Assembly: GCA_023435705.1 (NCBI GenBank) | Contig: JAEYRH010000005.1 | Span: 110,114-174,113, forward strand | Direction of reading: 5' to 3' | DNA: 64,000 nt | Source: Bacillota bacterium | GTDB taxonomy: Bacteria > Bacillota > Clostridia > Christensenellales > UMGS416 | In this document: positions 43,096 to 50,568 of the stretch, piece by piece | How positions within the stretch are numbered: position 1 is the stretch's first letter | How the letters are laid out: every line of letters begins with the position of its first letter | Notes under the pieces: model-generated | Database searches by the model: none | Told to the model about the DNA's origin: nothing | Seen by the model: the letters and a program-made list of their open reading frames with translations, nothing else | Translations under genes and position numbers: made by a program

Positions 43096-44313
43096 CAATT
43101 TGAATTCCTTCATCAGTGCCTCCACGGCGGCCCTTCTGCCTGCCTGCGGCACACAGCAAGACACCTTGGTTTCACTGGTGGTAACAGCAAGCGCCTCCAC
43201 ACCGGCATCGGAAAGGGCGGAGTAGAACCGGCCGGCTACGCCGGGCTGATGCTCCATACCGGGGCCTTCGATGGAGATCTTGACAATATCTTCCCTGGCG
43301 GACACAGAGCAACCCTCAGCCGAGTCAGCCAGACTGCGCACAATGGGCAGCGCCTGGGCCATCATGAGCTGCGGCAACGTGAACCCCAGGCTGGTCATGC
43401 CGCCGGATGGCGCGGTGGACGCAATGATATCCACGTTGATCTGGGCATTCCACAACGCCGTAAAGAGTTGCTTTTCAAAGCCCCGGCCCACCGGTATGGC
43501 ACGCACCGAAATGAGCGACTGGCTGTCGTCTGTGGATATGGCGGTGACAGCCGTGGCGGCGGTGAGCATATCCTTCATGCTGTAAAGCCCCGGCCCCCTT
43601 CCGGCCAGGAATTCGGCAGCCCGAAGCGCCCCCGCGGTGAACACCTGCTTGGACTGGGCATGATGGCAGATGGTTACCACCTCGTCGGGCATGATGAACA
43701 GCATCTCGTGCTCACCCACGATGGTGCCGCCGCGCACGGCATGGATACCGATTTCACTGCGGCTGCGGCGCTGGCTCATGCTGTGCCGGCCATACGTGTA
43801 GCTCTTGGAGTTGAGATAGACGGCGTTGATCTCGTCAGCGATCATCAGCGCCGTGCCGCTGGGTGAATCCACCTTGGTGTTGTGGTGCTTCTCAATGATC
43901 TCAACATCGGCGGCATCGCCCAGAAAAGCGGCTGCCCGGCGGCAAAGATCCACGGCAAGGTTCACACCAAGGCTCATATTGGCCGAGCGGAAAATGGCAA
44001 TGTGGTTACTGGCCCGGTCAATCAGTTTCAGGTCCTCCAGGGTGAAGCCTGTCGTGCACAAAACAATGGCCACACCCCTGGGGATGGCGAAAGACAACAA
44101 GTCCGGCAGCGCTTCCGGCCTGGAAAAATCCACAATCACATCCACATCCGCCACGGCGGCGGCGATGCTGCCGAACACCGGGAAAGGGTGTTTGATCGTT
44201 TCGGGAAACTTGTCCACACCGGCTACAACACGGAAGTCGGTTTGTTGCGCAGCGGATTGGGCCAGTGCCTGGCCCATGCGGCCATTGCAACCATTGATGA
44301 GCAGCTTGATCAT
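43093..44313 (-). CDS. dapB: 4-hydroxy-tetrahydrodipicolinate reductase fused to a C-terminal pair of aspartokinase-type ACT domains
   Basis: 406 aa from the ATG at 44313. DapB part is INGCNGRMGQ...EIIEKHHNTKVDSPSGTA...HAVRGG. The last ~155 aa are ACT-like (IVKISIEGPGMEHQPGVAGRFYSALSDAGVEALAVTTSETKVSCCV). Confidence 0.8.
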   Translation of the reverse strand: MIKLLINGCNGRMGQALAQSAAQQTDFRVVAGVDKFPETIKHPFPVFGSIAAAVADVDVIVDFSRPEALPDLLSFAIPRGVAIVLCTTGFTLEDLKLIDRASNHIAIFRSANMSLGVNLAVDLCRRAAAFLGDAADVEIIEKHHNTKVDSPSGTALMIADEINAVYLNSKSYTYGRHSMSQRRSRSEIGIHAVRGGTIVGEHEMLFIMPDEVVTICHHAQSKQVFTAGALRAAEFLAGRGPGLYSMKDMLTAATAVTAISTDDSQSLISVRAIPVGRGFEKQLFTALWNAQINVDIIASTAPSGGMTSLGFTLPQLMMAQALPIVRSLADSAEGCSVSAREDIVKISIEGPGMEHQPGVAGRFYSALSDAGVEALAVTTSETKVSCCVPQAGRRAAVEALMKEFKL

Positions 44314-44359
44314 TTGTAACTCCGTGCCGGCGCCTGCTCTTGGGAGCACGCCGGCAAAA

Positions 44360-45238
44360 TCATATCATGTTCAGTTTCGCCATTTCCGCCTTCAGCTTGC
44401 TGAGGGCGTCAGCGCTGATGGGCACCAGCGGCAACCGCACTGTCGCCTTGCAGATACCCATGAGCTCCAGGGCAGCCTTCACTGGGATTGGCGATGTCTC
44501 CGTAAACAGAGCGTCCACCAGGGGTTTCAGGGCAAATTGCAGCTCCCGGCTCCCCGCCACATCGCCTGCGAGGAACTTGGCGCATAGGTCATGTGTCTGC
44601 CGGGGGGCGATGTTAGCCACGACCGAGATCACGCCCACGCCGCCACAGGCCATTGTGGGCAGGATGATGCTGTCGTCTCCGGAATAGATCGCAACCTTAT
44701 CGCCACAAAGCCGCGCGATATCTGAAACCTGGGCAAGGTCACCGCTGGCTTCCTTGACGGCGTGGATGTTGGGGTAGCCTGCCAGCTTGGCCACAGTGTC
44801 AGCCTTCATGTTGAGGCTGGTTCTGATCGGCACGTTATACAGGATAACCGGCGAATGCACAGCGTCTGCAATTGCCTTGAAATGTGCCACCAACCCGGCT
44901 TGGGTGGTTTTATTATAATAGGGCGTCACAACGAGCAGCCCGTCAGCTCCCATGGCCTCGGCCTTTTGTGCTAGCGCAATGGCATGGGCTGTGTTGTTGC
45001 TGCCGGCGCCGGCAATCACCGGCACCCGCTTGGCGGCCCGCTCGATGGTATAATGGATGACGTCTTCGTATTCCTGTTCGGTCAGCGTGGCCGGCTCGCC
45101 GGTGGTGCCACAAGCAACCAGCGCATCGGTGCCGTTTGCAATCTGAAAGTCGATAAGCTTGCCGAGTGCGTCTAAATCGATTCCATGATCTGTCATGGGC
45201 GTGACCAGCGCCACACCCGAGCCGGTGAACAGCGGCAT
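44360..45238 (-). CDS. dapA: 4-hydroxy-tetrahydrodipicolinate synthase
   Basis: 292 aa with GVALVTPM and ACGTTGEPATLT, plus a Schiff-base Lys region HAVKEASGD. Confidence 0.9.
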   Translation of the reverse strand: MPLFTGSGVALVTPMTDHGIDLDALGKLIDFQIANGTDALVACGTTGEPATLTEQEYEDVIHYTIERAAKRVPVIAGAGSNNTAHAIALAQKAEAMGADGLLVVTPYYNKTTQAGLVAHFKAIADAVHSPVILYNVPIRTSLNMKADTVAKLAGYPNIHAVKEASGDLAQVSDIARLCGDKVAIYSGDDSIILPTMACGGVGVISVVANIAPRQTHDLCAKFLAGDVAGSRELQFALKPLVDALFTETSPIPVKAALELMGICKATVRLPLVPISADALSKLKAEMAKLNMI

Positions 45239-45303
45239 TGCGCAACACTCCTTGCCGTGGTTTGATCGGCGTTTCCAGTATATACTATGCGCCTGTTCGT
45301 ATT

Positions 45304-45333
45304 ATCTTACAACGGCGGCGTTGCGTGTGTCAA
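45304..45333 (-). promoter_or_regulatory. candidate dapA promoter
   Basis: Minus strand reads TTGACA (45333-45328), an 18-nt spacer, then TAAGAT (45309-45304). Confidence 0.35.
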
Positions 45334-45508
45334 TAAATGGGAGCGATGGCAACCGGCGTTGCCACAGCGCTTAGCCAATGACAGAAGACGCCTTGATAAA
45401 ACGCCTGTTTCAGCAGCATGCAGCACAGCCAGGCTCTGCATCGCAACTTAATTATATTACGATCACTGGCCGTTATGGCTAATTTTATTCTGTCGTTGCA
45501 GGAAAAGA

Positions 45509-45537
45509 TTGAACAAATTGAATGGAAAAGTTATGAT
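45509..45537 (+). promoter_or_regulatory. candidate lrp-lysE promoter
   Basis: TTGAAC, a 17-nt spacer, then TATGAT. RBS GAGGTG precedes the ATG at 45563. Confidence 0.4.
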
Positions 45538-45562
45538 TGCCTAAATGCACCCGAGGTGAGTT

Positions 45563-46000
45563 ATGGATACAATTGATCAATCGATTCTCGATTGCCTGAA
45601 AGGCAATGGCCGGGCAACCGCGTCAGAAATCGGCAGGACCGTGAGCCTGTCGGTGCCGGCAGTGAGCGAGCGGATCAAAAAGCTGGAACAATCGGGAGTG
45701 ATCGAAGGTTACATGGCAAAAGTCAACCGTCACAAGATGGGTCACCATCTGCTGGCGTTCGTGATGGTGGGCATCGGCCGCAATGAATACACAGAGGGGT
45801 TCAAAGCAGCGGTGGTGCAGTTTGAGGAAGTGCTGGAGTGCCACCACATCGCCGGCGAATATGACTATCTTTTGAAGACCTGCACAGAGGACACGCAGGC
45901 GCTGGATCGCTTCCTGTCAAACCTCAAAAAGATCAGAGGTGTGTCGCGCACCAACACGGCCATCGCTCTTTCCACGCTGAAGGAGGAAGTGAACAGATGA
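45563..46000 (+). CDS. Lrp/AsnC-family transcriptional regulator
   Basis: 145 aa with DQSILDCLKGNGRATASEIGRTVSLSVPAVSERIKKLEQSGVI. Confidence 0.88.
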   Translation: MDTIDQSILDCLKGNGRATASEIGRTVSLSVPAVSERIKKLEQSGVIEGYMAKVNRHKMGHHLLAFVMVGIGRNEYTEGFKAAVVQFEEVLECHHIAGEYDYLLKTCTEDTQALDRFLSNLKKIRGVSRTNTAIALSTLKEEVNR

Positions 46001-46647
46001 AACCGCAAAGCATCCTCTTCAAAGGGTTCCGGTTCGGCATGCTGCTGCAGCTGGCTGTGGGTCCAGTGTGCCTGTTTGTGCTGCAATCCGCATCAGCAAG
46101 GGGCTTCTGGGCTGCGGAATCTGCAGCGGCAGCGGCAACCCTGGTGGATGCGGCGTTCATCTCGCTGGCAATCCTTGGCGTGGCTTCCGTAGTAGAAAAA
46201 ACAAATGTGAAGCGGTGGCTCATGCTCTTTGGCGCGGCAGTGCTCATTCTGTTTGGCGCAGCCACGGTGCTGGGGGCCTTTGGCATTTCCATACTGCCCG
46301 GCCTCAACCTGAGCGGCGGAGGAATGCACCCTTTCTTCGGCTCATTACTGCTCACGTTGTCCAATCCGCTCACGATCCTGTTTTGGGCCGGCGTGTTTGC
46401 CGGCAAGGTAGCCGAGCTCGACCTGGGGAAACGCAGCGTATGGCTCTTTGGCGCCGGGGCGCTGGCCTCCACGGCGGTTTCATTGACGGTGGTGGCGCTT
46501 TTGGGCGGGCTCGTCGGAGCATTATTGCCGGCGGTTGCGATCCAGGCACTCAACGGCCTGGTGGGTGCGGCACTTATTTTCTTCGGCGTAAGGATGGCGT
46601 TACCGAAGCGCACCACCCAAACAGTCTCCGAGAGTCTTGACTCTTAA
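45997..46647 (+). CDS. LysE/ArgO-family amino-acid exporter
   Basis: 216 aa with 5-6 TM segments, LQLAVGPVCLFV and SNPLTILFWAGVF. 4-nt overlap with lrp. Confidence 0.8.
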   Translation: MKPQSILFKGFRFGMLLQLAVGPVCLFVLQSASARGFWAAESAAAAATLVDAAFISLAILGVASVVEKTNVKRWLMLFGAAVLILFGAATVLGAFGISILPGLNLSGGGMHPFFGSLLLTLSNPLTILFWAGVFAGKVAELDLGKRSVWLFGAGALASTAVSLTVVALLGGLVGALLPAVAIQALNGLVGAALIFFGVRMALPKRTTQTVSESLDS

Positions 46648-46670
46648 TTGCCTGACCTCAGCCAATAAAT

Positions 46671-47552
46671 TTAGTTCCTTTTAGCTTCCTCCAGCGCCGC
46701 AATGTCCAGCTTCTTCATGCCGAGCATTGCCTTAGTGACCCGCGCAACCTCCTCGGTGGTGCCGCCGGTCATGAGGTCACCCATGTTTGCAGGCACAATC
46801 TGCCAGGAAACACCGAATTTATCCTTGATCCATCCGCATTGCTCGGCCTCTGGCACATGGGAGAGTTTCTCCCAATACTGATCAATCTCCTGCTGGCTGT
46901 CACAGAACACAATCAGAGAAACCGCCTCATTGAACTCGTCCTCCCCACCCATGCCATGATCCATCATCACAAGTTGTATACCACCGATGTTCAGCTCGCC
47001 ATAGTTGATCCTTGCCCGGGGATCCATGGCTTCACCCGGCGCGTAATGGTTCACGAAGCCAACGCTGGAATCCGGGAATACAGACCCGTAAAACTCCATC
47101 GCGTCCTCTGCCCGGCCGCAGGCATGGCCGCCAAAGAGCAGCACTGGCCGGATCTTGTTCTTCTCGTCTACCTGATCGGCAAGCATCAGCTGCCAGTTCA
47201 GGCCATATTTATCGGCAACCCAGGCGTAACGTTTGCTGAACGGGTATTCTCCCAACTCCATCAGCTCCGACCCACCATCGGTAAGGGCGGCATGCAGGCG
47301 ATCCACTTCTTCTGCCGTGCGGCAGGCAACCATGAACGATATAGAGGGGTTGAACTTGAAATAGGGCCCGGCGCTGATTGCCTCAAACTCCAGATTGGCA
47401 AGCCGGAAGTCCACGATGTCCACTTCACCGGATGGGGTGCCGGTAATGCGGTGGATTCTGGTGACTTCAGAACCCTCAAACAGGCTCGTATACCAATTCG
47501 CGGCTTCTATCGCATCCCGGTCAAACCACAAATGCGGCACTATTCTAATCAT
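46671..47552 (-). CDS. VOC-superfamily protein (tandem PhnB-like / 3-demethylubiquinone-9 3-methyltransferase domains)
   Basis: 293 aa. IVPHLWFDRDAIEAANWYTSLF in the first half and IRPVLLFGGHACGRAEDAMEFYGSVF in the second. Confidence 0.6.
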   Translation of the reverse strand: MIRIVPHLWFDRDAIEAANWYTSLFEGSEVTRIHRITGTPSGEVDIVDFRLANLEFEAISAGPYFKFNPSISFMVACRTAEEVDRLHAALTDGGSELMELGEYPFSKRYAWVADKYGLNWQLMLADQVDEKNKIRPVLLFGGHACGRAEDAMEFYGSVFPDSSVGFVNHYAPGEAMDPRARINYGELNIGGIQLVMMDHGMGGEDEFNEAVSLIVFCDSQQEIDQYWEKLSHVPEAEQCGWIKDKFGVSWQIVPANMGDLMTGGTTEEVARVTKAMLGMKKLDIAALEEAKRN

Positions 47553-47660
47553 TGCTATTACCTCTTTCCCAGGTTTTGCCCGCAGGCAAAGCCCCGATGA
47601 GTTCAGTATATCTTATCTTTACCCAATGGCAGTGACGGGAATCACAGGGAGGAAAACGAG

Positions 47661-48518
47661 CTAATCCATCAGCCCACTCAAGTTTAATTGCTCCAAAGTG
47701 ACCTTCATCTGCCCGATCTCTGTTCTTCCGAATCGCCCATGGCAATCGGACCCAGATGTGACCAGCAACCCACGCCCTGCTGCATAATGCAGGCAGGCGG
47801 CAGTGATCTCCGGCGAATGGGTGGGATAATAACTCTCAATGCCCGCCACACCTTTGGCCATCAGCAGGCCAAGAGTGGCAGTGAACTCTGCCGGATCGGC
47901 GGTATTGATCATCTCGCCAGGGTGGGCCAACACCGGCTTGCCCCCGGCCGCACGCACCGCCGTGCAGGCCTGCTCCACCGATGGAAACGGAAAATCGGAA
48001 TGATAGCACCCATACATATCATATAACCGAATGCCATCTCTCAGTTTGGAGGTCAAGCCCCTGGCTAGGAAGTAATGCAGGGCTTTCCACCCGCCGAGCC
48101 GGAAATCACGACAAAACCGCTGGTAATCATCAAGCGACACACCAGGCGTGTCGCAAGCCACGCGCTCAACCATCGACTCATTCATGTGGTCCAACAGGTT
48201 GCGGTTCCCGGCACATGTGATAAAGCCTGCATCATCAAGGTCTACGCCATATCCGAGGATGTGATACAGGTTGCCCCCCTCCAGCGCGTCCAGCTCCACG
48301 GCGGGGATGCAACGGATGCCCTCTCTTTGGCAGCACTTCATCAGGCGGCGGCTGCCGGCGAGCATGTTGTGATCGGCCACGGCGATCAGGCCCACGCCAT
48401 TTGCGGCGGCTCGGCGGGCGACCATATCGGGGGACATGGTGCCGTCGGAGTAATAGGTATGGATGTGGAGGTCGGCATAGCCAAGCTGCGTTGCTTGTCT
48501 GTTATGCAAATTCATCAA
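47661..48518 (-). CDS. PHP-domain metal-dependent phosphoesterase (TrpH/YciV-like)
   Basis: ADLHIHTYYSDGTMSP...IAVADHN. Confidence 0.75.
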   Translation of the reverse strand: MMNLHNRQATQLGYADLHIHTYYSDGTMSPDMVARRAAANGVGLIAVADHNMLAGSRRLMKCCQREGIRCIPAVELDALEGGNLYHILGYGVDLDDAGFITCAGNRNLLDHMNESMVERVACDTPGVSLDDYQRFCRDFRLGGWKALHYFLARGLTSKLRDGIRLYDMYGCYHSDFPFPSVEQACTAVRAAGGKPVLAHPGEMINTADPAEFTATLGLLMAKGVAGIESYYPTHSPEITAACLHYAAGRGLLVTSGSDCHGRFGRTEIGQMKVTLEQLNLSGLMD

Positions 48519-48620
48519 TTCGCTTCCTATCCGCGATCATTGAGTGGTCTCATACATCATTTACTCGGCTGGTAGTTTTGGCAACCAGTATACCATTTTT
48601 GAATGATCCAATCCATGATC

Positions 48621-48649
48621 TTGATATACAGGATTCGTATTGTTACAAT
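48621..48649 (+). promoter_or_regulatory. strong extended -10 promoter placed for a leaderless transcript
   Basis: TTGATA (48621-48626), a 17-nt spacer ending in TGT, then TACAAT (48644-48649). The ATG at 48656 is only 6 nt downstream and there is no SD. Confidence 0.55.
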
Positions 48650-48655
48650 GATTTC

Positions 48656-49617
48656 ATGAAGAGAAAGCACATCCGGCCCATCCATATCACAGAGTTTGTC
48701 GCGATCAACGGCATCGAACAATTCCTCTATCATTCGGGCAAGAACGCAGAAAACCCCGTGCTTCTCTATCTGCACGGCGGTCCCGGCAGCTCCGAGGCAT
48801 TGTTTGCCCACATGTTTCAGGAAAAGTGGGAAGAGCTTTACACCGTCGTGCACTGGGATCAACGGGGGGCCGGAAAGACACTGACAAGAAACCCAAAGGC
48901 GCACGGAGAAACCGAACTACTGTTACAGGACTTGCTGGAGATTGTCCGATATCTGAAACGGAATTACGGCAAAGAAAAGTCGTACTGATGGGCCACAGCT
49001 GGGGCACCGTGCTGGGCACGCTGTTCATCCAGCGGCATCCGGACGAAGTGGCCTATTATATCGGGGCATCGCAGGTGGTCAGCATGGTGGCAGGCGAAAG
49101 GGCCTCCTATGAAAAGCTAAAAGAGGTTGTTACGCAATCCGCCGACAAGAAATCCTTGGCGCGGCTGCAAGCACTCGGAGAATACCCCGGCGACAAAATC
49201 GAGTTCAACACTCAATTCATCCGACAATGCAGGTTGTTCCGCAAGTTGCAAGCCGGGAAGCAACTCATGGAAAACACGAAACTCTCCACATGGATTGCGG
49301 AGCTGCGCAGCCCCCTTTTCCAGTTATCCGATATTCTGGCATTTCTAAACGCCATGGGGGCTAACAAGAGCACATATCAATTCTTTGCGGAGTTTAACCT
49401 ATTGAAGTTGCCCACAGAGTATCAGGTGCCTGTCTATTACTTGCTGGGAGACAACGACTGGCAGGTGCCCTCTGTGCTGGCGGAGGATTACCATCAGAAG
49501 ATTAACGCTCCGGCGAAGAAATGCTACAGGATCATGGATGCCGGGCACATGCTGATGATTGACCAACCGGAGCGGTGCTACGAGGCATTGGCGGACATTT
49601 ATCGCTGTGAGGGATAA
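48656..49617 (+). pseudogene. alpha/beta hydrolase (prolyl-aminopeptidase-like) interrupted by a 1-nt frameshift
   Basis: The N-terminal part (LYLHGGPGSS...HWDQRGAGKT...NYGKEK) ends at TGA 48986-48988. The nucleophile elbow VVLMGHSWG continues in the +1 frame from 48979. Restoring one G (aag gtc) gives a ~320-aa protein. Confidence 0.75.
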
Positions 49618-49708
49618 CGCGTAAGCCCTATTGACATCACTACAATACGAAAATATACTTAACATACATTCGTATTTCCAATAACGATATAACAACGGGG
49701 CCAATGCT

Positions 49709-50365
49709 ATGGGAATATTCGATACAGGCAAGATCCTTGTGACCGGAGGCGTTATCCTGCAAATACTGATAAGCAGGTATCATAGAAAAGCCGGTTTAAT
49801 TACCGGCATTCTCGTAACGCTGGCCCTTCTCATATGGGGTTTCATCACCTTTCGCGAAGGCAATATACCAAAGGCCGTCAACACCATGCAGACACAGCCG
49901 GTTTTCATCCTTCTGTGCGCCGCGTGGTTCGCCTATCAAATCTATTTCATCTACACCGCGCATAAGTATGCACAAGGCCCCAGATTTGACAAAATGATCG
50001 ATGATCTGCTTGGAGACGCTGAAAAAGCGCTAGCCGAAAAAAGGATTGACAGAGCGACGGCATTATGCAAGAGCGCATTGATTATGGAGATTGTTCAAAG
50101 TGTCAGGGACGTGCTCAGGAGCGTCGATCTGAAGAGCTTTAGCAAACTGGTCAGGATCTATCAATCAAGCGGTTTGCCAAAAGCCCGCTTGCAGGGTCTC
50201 GTTACAGAGATGGATGGCTACCTCGCACAGATGAACGTGTATGCCCGGAAACCCAAGGACAGGAGCGATTTCCTGCTGGGACTGAGAAATTCCGGTCATC
50301 CCGCCGATTCCCAGGCCTGGGCTTTGGGAAAGAAGATGAGTGATTTTCTCGTCTCGTTACCATAG
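49709..50365 (+). CDS. hypothetical membrane protein
   Basis: 218 aa with three N-terminal TM segments and a helical C-terminal half. Confidence 0.5.
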   Translation: MGIFDTGKILVTGGVILQILISRYHRKAGLITGILVTLALLIWGFITFREGNIPKAVNTMQTQPVFILLCAAWFAYQIYFIYTAHKYAQGPRFDKMIDDLLGDAEKALAEKRIDRATALCKSALIMEIVQSVRDVLRSVDLKSFSKLVRIYQSSGLPKARLQGLVTEMDGYLAQMNVYARKPKDRSDFLLGLRNSGHPADSQAWALGKKMSDFLVSLP

Positions 50366-50475
50366 GCATAATTCTTAGCTTGTACCTTTGTGTGCATCCA
50401 ATCAGATCATCTTTTCATTAAGAATACGCATTCTATTATTATACATTCCTTCGGACAACAACCGTTGGATATATA

Positions 50476-50504
50476 TTGACAAATCCGCAAAAAGCCCCTA
50501 TCTT
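50476..50504 (+). promoter_or_regulatory. htpG promoter
   Basis: TTGACA (50476-50481), a 17-nt spacer, then TATCTT (50499-50504). Confidence 0.5.
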
Positions 50505-50509
50505 ATTCA

Positions 50510-50536
50510 TTAGCACTCTCCACCGTCGAGTGCTAA
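50510..50536 (+). promoter_or_regulatory. CIRCE operator (HrcA binding site)
   Basis: TTAGCACTC-tccaccgtc-GAGTGCTAA is a perfect match to the TTAGCACTC-N9-GAGTGCTAA consensus. It lies 5 nt after the -10 and 32 nt before the htpG ATG. Confidence 0.85.
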
Positions 50537-50568
50537 CACCATCATCACCATTCTCAGGAGGTTCACAT

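Noticed and set aside
45239-45562. Lysine (L-box) riboswitch in front of dapA
   Set aside because: None of the conserved L-box segments (for example AGAGGxGC...) and no multi-helix junction could be traced on the minus strand. Only promoter-like hexamers and an RBS are present.
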